IMG/VR virus record: IMGVR_UViG_3300032024_000106
Location: 1 to 49,305 of that record
Reading direction: 5' to 3' (one strand)
Source: a virus
Taxonomy: Duplodnaviria > Caudoviricetes
Length of the DNA stretch: 49,305 bases
The translations under genes and the position numbers were made by a program. The notes beneath the pieces were generated by a model that saw only the letters and a program-made list of their open reading frames with translations, ran no database searches and was not told where the DNA came from. This document shows positions 41,794 to 49,305 of this stretch, in pieces (within the stretch, counting starts at the first letter, position 1; every line of letters begins with the position of its first letter).

Positions 41794-42075
41794 ATGACGC
41801 GCCCGCTCGCCATCGAGGAACGCGACGAGGTGGAGAACCTCGCAGCGGAGTGCGCGGACGCGCACCAGCTCCGCGCCTACCTCGCCGAGCTGGTGCGGCT
41901 GCGCGCGCTCGCCTCGATATGCCGGCGCCACCAGCCCCGGCTGCCGCGCGACGTGCAGCATGTCCTCGAAACCAAGGTGCCGAGACTGAGCCAGGCGCAG
42001 GAATGGGCCCGGATTGTCGGCGCCGCGAACGACCAGGACGACCCGAGAATTCATGGCGCGCCGCGCCTCATTTGA
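41794..42075 (+). CDS. hypothetical protein
   Basis: MTRPLAIEERDEVE..., operon spacing. Confidence 0.55.
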   Translation: MTRPLAIEERDEVENLAAECADAHQLRAYLAELVRLRALASICRRHQPRLPRDVQHVLETKVPRLSQAQEWARIVGAANDQDDPRIHGAPRLI

Positions 42076-42087
42076 AAGGAGATTGCT

Positions 42088-42579
42088 GTGAGCAAGACCG
42101 ATAAAATCCGCAATGCCCTCGCCGGCGGCCAGTTGCCGCTGTCGCAACTGTTGGAGAAAACCGGCAGCCTCGGCCGCAAATCAACCTATGATTTGTGCTG
42201 TTACCTGCGCTCTCGCCGCGAAGTCACCATCGACACCGGCAGCGACGATCCAGTGATCAAACTCACCGGGAGCAAGCCACACTCCGCAAGCAAAAAGAAA
42301 CCGGGGAAACGCGCGCACCGAAGCAATGCGCCGAAACGGACATACAAACCTCGCAAGATCGTCACCCTGAAAGGCATCGTCAGGAAACATGCTGGCGCTG
42401 CCGCGTCAACTCCCCGATTGAGCGAACTCGCGTTCGACAACTACCTCGCCGCCGGCGCGCAACTCCGTGTAGCCATCCATGAACAGGTAGACGGTGTCGA
42501 TGAAGATGTGGCGCTCAAGTCCGCGCTCGACAACCATGACCGCGCGGAGAAACTGTTCCGCGCCGCGAGGGCGGCGTGA
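42088..42579 (+). CDS. basic hypothetical protein (possible winged-helix N-terminus)
   Basis: RBS AAAGGAG, GTG start, K/R-rich middle. Confidence 0.65.
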   Translation: MSKTDKIRNALAGGQLPLSQLLEKTGSLGRKSTYDLCCYLRSRREVTIDTGSDDPVIKLTGSKPHSASKKKPGKRAHRSNAPKRTYKPRKIVTLKGIVRKHAGAAASTPRLSELAFDNYLAAGAQLRVAIHEQVDGVDEDVALKSALDNHDRAEKLFRAARAA

Positions 42580-42953
42580 ACGATTTGATCAATGCCGGTT
42601 TTGAGTTTGGCGCTGCGGTGGCCATTCTGAACCATTGCCGCGAGCTCTACCGGCACAAGCAGGTCAGGGGCGTGAGTATCGCCAGCACCGTGTTTTTCAT
42701 GCTGTGGGGTATCTGGAACATCTACTACTACCCATCGCTCGATCAGGGCTTGAGCTTCACCGCGGGCTTGCTGGTGGTCGCGGCCAATGCGCTGTGGGTG
42801 CTCATGCTCATTCACTACGCGAATTGCGAAGTGGGACGCTACACACCGGCCGAACGTAAACGCGGGAACGTGCCGCCGAGACGCAATCCTTCACCGGCGC
42901 CGCCCCAACCAAAATCAGAGGAAAAGCAGCACCGCGGAGTCGACCAGCTATGA
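42576..42953 (+). CDS. three-TM PQ-loop/SemiSWEET-like membrane protein
   Basis: LYRHKQVRGVS...WGIWNIYYY...LVVAANALW pattern. Confidence 0.6.
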   Translation: MNDLINAGFEFGAAVAILNHCRELYRHKQVRGVSIASTVFFMLWGIWNIYYYPSLDQGLSFTAGLLVVAANALWVLMLIHYANCEVGRYTPAERKRGNVPPRRNPSPAPPQPKSEEKQHRGVDQL

Positions 42954-43492
42954 GCTACCGACCGATCACTGACATGTGGTTCCTTGCGCGCGCCAAGTTG
43001 AAGCGCGGCCGGAAATATTACGGCGCCTATCTCGGCGGCTTCCCGGAGCGCGCCCGGGCGCTGCTCGGCGTCACGATCAACGATCCGGTGCTGCACGTCT
43101 GCGGCGGCATGGCTCGCCATTATCCCTATCGCGGCGGGTTCGGGCCGAACGACAAAACAATGGACATGGCAGTCGGAGTAAAGCCCGATTACCTCGCCGA
43201 TGCCGCAGACGGCGACGATTACCCGCGCGGCTTCAAAGCGATCTTGGCCGATCCGCCCTACAGCGAAGACGACGCTGATCACTACGCGCCGGGCCGCGCG
43301 AAATATCCCGCGCCGGGCCTGATTGTCCGCAATGCCATCGCTGCTCTCGAGCCCGGCCAGCGCGTCGGCATCATCCACTACCTGCTGCCGAAGCCGCCGG
43401 CCAACACGCGCTTCGTCGCCGCGGCCGGCGTAGTCTGCGGGTTCAACAACCGCATCCGCATTTATTCCGTTTTCGAAAAGCTGTACACGTAA
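42950..43492 (+). CDS. small amino-methyltransferase-like protein
   Basis: VLHVCGG (motif I-like) and ILADPPYS (motif IV). Confidence 0.7.
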   Translation: MSYRPITDMWFLARAKLKRGRKYYGAYLGGFPERARALLGVTINDPVLHVCGGMARHYPYRGGFGPNDKTMDMAVGVKPDYLADAADGDDYPRGFKAILADPPYSEDDADHYAPGRAKYPAPGLIVRNAIAALEPGQRVGIIHYLLPKPPANTRFVAAAGVVCGFNNRIRIYSVFEKLYT

Positions 43493-43501
43493 GGAGATTT
43501 T

Positions 43502-44686
43502 ATGTTCAAGGAACTGCAACCCCTCGCGGAAAAATCGCCGCTCGCCATGATGATCAGCGCGGAAGGCGACCAGCTCCGCGTGGTCATCACGCAGAAGAAG
43601 GCCGGCGCCGCCGGCACGCCGCTCTCGCTGTCGATCCTGGGCACGCCGGAAGAACTGGACACCGACCTGCCCGCCTCGATCGCCGCGGCCTCCGGCGTGC
43701 TCGCCAAGCCCGCCCCAGTCGCGGAGCAGGTCAAGACGCAGGTAGACACCGCGCTGGCATCAGCCAAACCGCCGCGCAAGAGCACACCCTCGCCGAAAGC
43801 TGCGAAGCCGAAGCCCGTGAAAAAACATGCGGCTGCAAAGCCGCCCAAGGTGAATAAGATCATCAGGGTGAAACCGGCTGCGCCGAAGCATGCCGCGCCC
43901 GCTGCCGGCAAAAAACCATCGAAGCTCCGCGCTTCACGTCCCAACGGCGATGCGTGCGTCGCGGACTATCATGTTCTCCACGCGAAGCACGGCGACAGGC
44001 TCACGCGCGAGATGTTCATGAAGGAAGCCGACACCGGCCGTCGCTTCGAGCGCGTCTTCGGCAACTGGAACAAGTTCGTCGCAGCGGCCTTGGCCAAGGG
44101 AACGCAGGGGCCGCCGGGCGATGACAAGACCAAGCCGTTGGAACTGGAACTACCGGGCACCACATCCGCGTCAGAAGCTAAGGCATTGGCCACCGCTACG
44201 CTCCGCACTTTGCCCGATACATGGCCCTTCCCCACTACATCAAAAGACGTGGAGCTCAGCGAGAGTAAGGAACACACCGGCGATGGCTGGGACGTGTACG
44301 ACCGCGACGGGAATTATCTTTCCTCCATCACCACACACCCCGAGGTCGGCAAGACGATCCAGCTTGCCGGGCGCTTTCCGGCCGAGGAAGTTGTCTCCAT
44401 CGATGGCCGCCGCGTCATCACCAAACCCGCAGCTACAGCCCCTCATTCCGAAGTTCAAGCCGGTGCAGTGCAGAAGCCGGACGGCAGGCGTGAGGAGGCT
44501 GCGGGCCCAGCCGTGGAGGGCCGCACCATCGTCGACCGGAGCGGCCGTCCGCTCGCCGGCGGCGTGGTGATGCAGGCCGAAGAAGGTAAAAAGATCGACG
44601 TGCCTGGTCACGGCAAATACAAAGTCGTGGACTACGACAAAGAGAAAATCATCGTCGAGCCCGTTAGCGCGGAGAAAACAACATGA
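43502..44686 (+). CDS. PRTRC system protein E with a long C-terminal extension
   Basis: MFKELQPL...LRVVI...PLSLSILGTPEELD N-terminal signature; first gene of the cassette. Confidence 0.85.
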   Translation: MFKELQPLAEKSPLAMMISAEGDQLRVVITQKKAGAAGTPLSLSILGTPEELDTDLPASIAAASGVLAKPAPVAEQVKTQVDTALASAKPPRKSTPSPKAAKPKPVKKHAAAKPPKVNKIIRVKPAAPKHAAPAAGKKPSKLRASRPNGDACVADYHVLHAKHGDRLTREMFMKEADTGRRFERVFGNWNKFVAAALAKGTQGPPGDDKTKPLELELPGTTSASEAKALATATLRTLPDTWPFPTTSKDVELSESKEHTGDGWDVYDRDGNYLSSITTHPEVGKTIQLAGRFPAEEVVSIDGRRVITKPAATAPHSEVQAGAVQKPDGRREEAAGPAVEGRTIVDRSGRPLAGGVVMQAEEGKKIDVPGHGKYKVVDYDKEKIIVEPVSAEKTT

Positions 44687-45057
44687 AAATCGAACAAGCC
44701 GTCCGCGTTTTTAAATACAACGGCATGGAGCTGCAGAACCCCGGCGCCGCCCAGTCCGTCGAGGAGGTCCGGGAGTTCTACGCGAACCTTTATCCCGAGC
44801 TTAACAACGCGGAGATCGAGGGCCCCGAGCACAAAGCCGGGAAGATCGTCTACGAATTCCGCAAGGCGGTGGGGACGAAGGGCCATGATCTTCTCGCCCA
44901 CCTCACCGCGCGCGCCGCCGGGAAAGCCGGCGTGAATGGCGCAATGCCGGCCGGGGAAACGCTCGATCTTTCTGCGGCGATCGCGATGGTCGCGGAGGAA
45001 CCGGCGGGCGCGGATCAGCTCTCCGCGCCATCTTCTTTGCTGCCGCCTCTGCCATGA
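44683..45057 (+). CDS. PRTRC system protein C (prokaryotic ubiquitin-like)
   Basis: RVFKYNGMELQNP...VREFYANLYPELNNAEIEGP...YEFRKAVGTKG, then a 57 aa extension. Confidence 0.9.
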   Translation: MKIEQAVRVFKYNGMELQNPGAAQSVEEVREFYANLYPELNNAEIEGPEHKAGKIVYEFRKAVGTKGHDLLAHLTARAAGKAGVNGAMPAGETLDLSAAIAMVAEEPAGADQLSAPSSLLPPLP

Positions 45058-46034
45058 ATCCATCCTGTGCGCTGGCGATTCCCCGCGTCGGCAAGAGCAT
45101 TCCTACCGCCCGCACCTTCAGCCGCGGCACGGACGTGCGCCTGGCGCGGCTGGCCGTGGTCCTGCACGAGTTGGGCGTGCTGACCGATGCGGACGCGCCA
45201 GGGCGTCGTTATCCGACCGAGGGCGTCATGATCTCCAATGCTCTGAGCCGCTGGTCTCAGGCTGTAACGGGCGACCTCAAGGTATTCCAGGACGTCGCGA
45301 TCTCGGTCAACCCCGACGGCGTGGAAACGCTTGAGGAAATCGCGCAATACCTCGGCGGCGATTCCCCGCCGATCTCAAACCCGGAAAACACTATCGTCGT
45401 CGCCCTGACGCCTTGGGACTTTGGCGAGGCCTGGCTGCTCGGGCGCCGCTGCACCGCGATCGAGAAGCGAACACCCGGGCTTGCGCAGACCGCCCTTTGT
45501 TTTCTGACGCCTGCGCTGTGGCAGACCGCCGTCGGCTTCACGCCGCACCATGCCATCGAATTCGCGGAGATGATGTATGGCTGGGACGACGAAAGCTGCT
45601 CGGACGATGACCGCCCGCTGTCGAAGGCGGACTTCTCGAAAGCCATTCCGGACTGGGTGTCGAATCCGCGGCAGAAGCTTTCTCCGCGCGATCTGCAGGC
45701 GCTGGCTGGCCGTGAGCCCGTCGCCGCTGCGCTGATCGAGCTGCGCGATGCCATGGCGGATAAAAAGCGGATCTTCGCCAACGTGATGGGCCTGTGGCAC
45801 GGCGCGTTCTCAGTGTTGCTGCGCTGGTCGATCGACGACCCGATGCCGCAGATCATCGATGACTGTGTCAGCGACGCACAGAACGGCGGCGAGGCGACCG
45901 ACGATTACACCTTCCACGCCGTCGAGATCGGCCGCCGGCAGGTGGAGCGTTTCCTAGACGGCTTCGCGCGCATGCTGAAAGTGCTAGCCTGCGCCGACCG
46001 GCTGATCCGGCTGATCGCGGAGCCGCGGCCGTGA
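45054..46034 (+). CDS. PRTRC system protein F
   Basis: LAIPRV N-terminus, IEKRTPGLAQTAL...FTP...MMYGWDDE; lies between C and B. Confidence 0.75.
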   Translation: MNPSCALAIPRVGKSIPTARTFSRGTDVRLARLAVVLHELGVLTDADAPGRRYPTEGVMISNALSRWSQAVTGDLKVFQDVAISVNPDGVETLEEIAQYLGGDSPPISNPENTIVVALTPWDFGEAWLLGRRCTAIEKRTPGLAQTALCFLTPALWQTAVGFTPHHAIEFAEMMYGWDDESCSDDDRPLSKADFSKAIPDWVSNPRQKLSPRDLQALAGREPVAAALIELRDAMADKKRIFANVMGLWHGAFSVLLRWSIDDPMPQIIDDCVSDAQNGGEATDDYTFHAVEIGRRQVERFLDGFARMLKVLACADRLIRLIAEPRP

Positions 46035-46756
46035 GGGCCAACGTTAGCACCATGCAGGCCATGACCGTGCGTCTGAAGCACGCGCTCCTCGTCTATGAGG
46101 ATGAGCAGACCGCCTTCGTGACCGCGCATCCGGTGAGCATCATCAAGGGGCGGCCACAGATCGGCCCGGGCGCGCCGGTCTCACGCGGCGCTCTGGCGGA
46201 CCTCGCCCGCAAGCTCGCGGCCGTGACGGCGATCTCGGGCTTCCTGCCGCCGCAGCTGCTCTATCTCAGCCCGCGCGCGATCGCCTGGTGGCGCTCAGCA
46301 AGCCCGGCGACGGTGTTCTTCAAATGCGAGGGCGACAAATATGTGGAGATCGGTACGCGCTCCGGGAGGACCCCACAGCCCGCGCTCGTGTTCACCGTTG
46401 CCGCGGATCGCTGGTATGTGCACGCCGTCAAGGGGTCAGGAAGGCCATCCAGCGGCACCAGGCTGCACCGCGCGCCCCATTTCAACGTCTGGCACACGGG
46501 TGAGATCTGCACCGGCAACGTGAATCTCCCCGACCGGCTCGACCCCGAGGTCCTGGGCGACTTCGAATCCGCGTTTTTCGGCTCGAACTTCACGCATGCC
46601 AACGACCCGAAAGGGCTCACCCGCTACAAGAGCGGCGCGACGCGGCTGTGGCGCGATCTGCTCGCCGGCCGCCACAAGACATTCCCCGAGGGTTCTCTGT
46701 CCGCAATGAACATCACCCTCGCGGATTTCATTAAAAAACTGGAGACCGGTAAATGA
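46031..46756 (+). CDS. PRTRC system protein B (prokaryotic E2 family D-like)
   Basis: IAWW, PQPALVF, LHRAPHFNV...GEICTGN (candidate catalytic Cys), FFGSNFTH. Confidence 0.88.
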   Translation: MRANVSTMQAMTVRLKHALLVYEDEQTAFVTAHPVSIIKGRPQIGPGAPVSRGALADLARKLAAVTAISGFLPPQLLYLSPRAIAWWRSASPATVFFKCEGDKYVEIGTRSGRTPQPALVFTVAADRWYVHAVKGSGRPSSGTRLHRAPHFNVWHTGEICTGNVNLPDRLDPEVLGDFESAFFGSNFTHANDPKGLTRYKSGATRLWRDLLAGRHKTFPEGSLSAMNITLADFIKKLETGK

Positions 46757-47481
46757 TCCCGCTCGACCCGCGTGACCAGATCATCCTCGAGCATGCGCCG
46801 CTGTTGGCTGCTCCGCGTTTCGGCGCGCTGCCGTTTCTCGAGAACGGCCGTCACCGTTTCATCATGGGCCGCTATGGCCCCTATCTCGAAGTCAAGCGTC
46901 CCTGGCTGCATGGTTTGTTCGACCTACTTTCCGGGGACAGCGGCCTCGATATGGAACTGCCCTATGGCGACGTCGATGCGCGGTTCGATCTCGCCTTCGA
47001 TTGGCATGCGGACGTGTTCCCGCTGGTGTCGAAGTTTATCGAGGCCGCCGCGCTGGTTGCGCCACAGGAGCATGCTGCATGGCTGCTGTGGAACGACACG
47101 ACGCGCCGCCTTGAGTATTGCGACCTGGTCGCGATCTCGGCCAGCGCCGGCGGCATCAGCTATCACCGGCCGCAGCTGCCGCCATGGATGTCGCTCGCGG
47201 TCGACCTGCATTCGCACGGCGCGATGTCCGCGTTTTTCTCCGCGACCGATGACGAGGATGACGCCGGCGCCGTCAATATCTCCGGCGTGACCGGCCAGGA
47301 CAGACAGACCGGCGCGCTGGAGTGGCAGTTCCGGCTTTGCGCGCTCGGCCTTTTCCGCGAACTGGACCTCCTCGACGTGCAGCGCTGCCGGATCTGCGGC
47401 TGCACTGAGGATCATGCTTGCGCGGAGGGTTGCTACTGGGCGCGGCCGGATCTGTGCAGCGCGTGCGAGTCGCCCTTCTAA
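46753..47481 (+). CDS. PRTRC system protein A (JAB/MPN peptidase) with a C-terminal Cys-rich domain
   Basis: YLEVKRPWL and EHAAW...DLHSHG..AFFSATDDEDD (JAMM motif). Confidence 0.9.
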   Translation: MIPLDPRDQIILEHAPLLAAPRFGALPFLENGRHRFIMGRYGPYLEVKRPWLHGLFDLLSGDSGLDMELPYGDVDARFDLAFDWHADVFPLVSKFIEAAALVAPQEHAAWLLWNDTTRRLEYCDLVAISASAGGISYHRPQLPPWMSLAVDLHSHGAMSAFFSATDDEDDAGAVNISGVTGQDRQTGALEWQFRLCALGLFRELDLLDVQRCRICGCTEDHACAEGCYWARPDLCSACESPF

Positions 47482-48263
47482 TGGACCATCTTATCCATCC
47501 CCGGCTGATCAGCGACATGATCGAGGTACATCTTGCCGGCTGCGGCGGCAACGGCTCGCAGATGCTGACCGGCCTCGCGCGCCTGCATGTCGCGATCCGC
47601 GCGCTCGGCCATCCCGGGCTGCATGTCATCGCTTGGGATCCGGACGATGTCAGCCGCGCCAATGTCGGCCGTCAGCTCTTCAGCCCTGCCGACGTCGGCC
47701 AGAACAAGGCCGCGGTGCTCGTGAATCGCCTGAATGCGTATTACGGGCTTTCATGGGACGCCGCGCCCGCCGTTTGGCGCGAGACCACCCGGCCGCCGGG
47801 CATCATGATCTCCTGCGTGGACTCCGCGAAAGCACGCCGGGAGATCGGCGCCGGCGTCGAGGGGATTGAGAATCTCTACTACTGGCTCGATCTCGGCAAC
47901 CGCGCGGAGGACGGCCAGATCGTGCTTGGCTGCCCAGCATGGGATGACGAGCACCTCGCCAATTACCCCGAGCGGCTGCCGACCGTTCTCGAGCTTTTCC
48001 CCGAACTCATGGCCATGAAACGCGAGGACACCGCGCCCAGTTGCTCGCTGGCGGAAGCGCTCGAACGCCAGCACCTCTTCATCAACCAGGCCGTCGTCAC
48101 GCCCGCCCTGCATATCCTGTGGCAGTTGCTGCGCTTCGGCAAGATCGACTGGCATGGCGCCTTCATTAACCTCCGCACCGGCCGCACCATGCCCCTGCTC
48201 GTCGACCAGGCGGTGTGGGCGCGGATGCGCGGAGACAACCAGGAGAAAAAATATGAGCAATAA
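47481..48263 (+). CDS. PRTRC system ThiF family protein (E1-like)
   Basis: GCGGNGS, DPDDVSRANVGRQLF, ISCVD, YWLDLGN and PSCSLAEAL motifs. Start at ATG 47481. Confidence 0.93.
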   Translation: MDHLIHPRLISDMIEVHLAGCGGNGSQMLTGLARLHVAIRALGHPGLHVIAWDPDDVSRANVGRQLFSPADVGQNKAAVLVNRLNAYYGLSWDAAPAVWRETTRPPGIMISCVDSAKARREIGAGVEGIENLYYWLDLGNRAEDGQIVLGCPAWDDEHLANYPERLPTVLELFPELMAMKREDTAPSCSLAEALERQHLFINQAVVTPALHILWQLLRFGKIDWHGAFINLRTGRTMPLLVDQAVWARMRGDNQEKKYEQ

Positions 48264-48672
48264 ACAGGATACCAACCCGCAATCTGGCGCGACTCCCATG
48301 TCATATATCTACGGCGCGTTGCCCAAGGCCGCCACCGATGTCATCGCGGAACGCAAGCGCCAGATCGAAGGTGAACAATGGTCGCTGGAACACGATGACA
48401 AGCACGATCCGGGTGAACTTGCTTCGGCTGCCGCCTGCTATGCCGTGGAAGCCGCCTGCAAATTGCATCCGTATGACGGGCTCGGCTCCGATGGGAAACC
48501 GCATCCCTGGTGGCCGTGGGACCATATCTGGTGGAAACCCAAAGACCCCCGCCGCGATCTACTCCGCGCGGCCGCCCTCATTATCGCGGAGATCGAGCGT
48601 ATCGATCGCACCGCTCCATTATCCGCCGCGGCAGATCTCGATGCTGCCGGACAGTTGCCACTGATCGATTGA
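48253..48672 (+). CDS. conserved hypothetical phage protein
   Basis: DVIAERKRQ...EHDD.H...WPW...WWKP...RRDLLRAAALIIAEIERIDR motif; RBS AGGAG. Confidence 0.8.
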   Translation: MSNKQDTNPQSGATPMSYIYGALPKAATDVIAERKRQIEGEQWSLEHDDKHDPGELASAAACYAVEAACKLHPYDGLGSDGKPHPWWPWDHIWWKPKDPRRDLLRAAALIIAEIERIDRTAPLSAAADLDAAGQLPLID

Positions 48673-48702
48673 CAACACCGCACCACCAACCAGGAGACCA
48701 CA

Positions 48703-49305
48703 ATGAACCAACCGGAAAACAGCAATATCGCAATTCCAGACACCCTCGGCGCAGTGATGGAAGGCGGCCTACTTGCCGCCCACATCCGGATCGGCACCGA
48801 GATTTATGCAATAACCTTGCCGCCGAAAGCGGAACGGCAGCCCTCTGCCGCGCCCTGGAATGACTCCATGGCCCGCGTCGACGATGCCCTGAGCTACTGC
48901 GACGGCTATACGAACACCCTGGCCATGGTCAAGGCCGGCAGCAGGATCGCCGAGTATGCGCTCGATCACGGTCTGTATATCCCCGCGCGCGACGAGCTGG
49001 AGCCGATCTACCGCACCTTCAAGCCCAGTGCCGAAACCTACGACCAATGGCGATCGGGCGACAATCCTTCGAGCATCCCGCCCGGCTATCCCTACACCAA
49101 GGCCTCGCCGGTCCAGACCGCTATCGCGGAGTTCCGCACCGGCGGCGCAGAGGCCTTGCCCGAAGGCTGGATCTGGACCTCCACCCGGTTCGCTCATTTC
49201 GACGCTTATGCCTGGGCTCAGGACTTCGGCCACGGCAACCAGGACTACTACCGCAAGTCGAATGAGCTGGAGGTCGTCCTCGTCCGCAGATTGCTCATTC
49301 GCTGA
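48703..49305 (+). CDS. DGR1 target gene C (DUF1566-like/CLec)
   Basis: SYCDGYTNTLAM, YIPARDELE and WIWTST motifs, with a VR at the 3' end; RBS AGGAG. Confidence 0.92.
   Translation: MNQPENSNIAIPDTLGAVMEGGLLAAHIRIGTEIYAITLPPKAERQPSAAPWNDSMARVDDALSYCDGYTNTLAMVKAGSRIAEYALDHGLYIPARDELEPIYRTFKPSAETYDQWRSGDNPSSIPPGYPYTKASPVQTAIAEFRTGGAEALPEGWIWTSTRFAHFDAYAWAQDFGHGNQDYYRKSNELEVVLVRRLLIR
49183..49290 (+). repeat. DGR1 variable repeat VR-C
   Basis: Ungapped match to TR 769-876 with 10 mismatches, all at TR adenines. Confidence 0.97.

Larger units (their letters stand above)
1..49305. mobile_element. temperate lambdoid siphophage genome, nearly complete and circularly permuted
   Basis: All modules are present (integration, immunity, replication, packaging, head, non-contractile tail, lysis). 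No host housekeeping genes seen. Confidence 0.95.

Overview
The window is a nearly complete, circularly permuted genome of a temperate lambdoid siphophage. The host is probably a proteobacterium, inferred from the tRNA-His att core. The layout follows the lambda pattern: cI/cro immunity region (38.0-39.6 kb); a + strand early operon that runs 39.6 kb to 49.3 kb and, by inference, wraps to 1-3.6 kb, ending in xis-int-attP; a small promoter-driven moron (4.0-5.4 kb); and a - strand replication, Q-like, packaging, head, tail and lysis arm (38.4 kb down to 5.5 kb). The main accessory content is as follows. (1) Two diversity-generating retroelements (DGRs) of different families. One is a BPP-1-like mtd-avd-TR-brt cassette acting on the tail fibre. 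The other is an avd-TR-RT cassette whose single TR (769-876) matches three separate variable repeats (51-156, 40557-40662, 49183-49290), with mismatches only at TR adenines. (2) A six-gene PRTRC prokaryotic ubiquitin-like cassette (E, C/Ubl, F, B/E2-like, A/JAB, ThiF/E1-like) that lies between the non-structural DGR targets in the same early operon. (3) An 8-nt-period ATTC motif in the same register downstream of all three VRs. (4) An atypical tRNA-like element with a possible UUA anticodon behind a strong promoter. All homology calls come from motifs I recognised by eye or recalled; no database searches were run.
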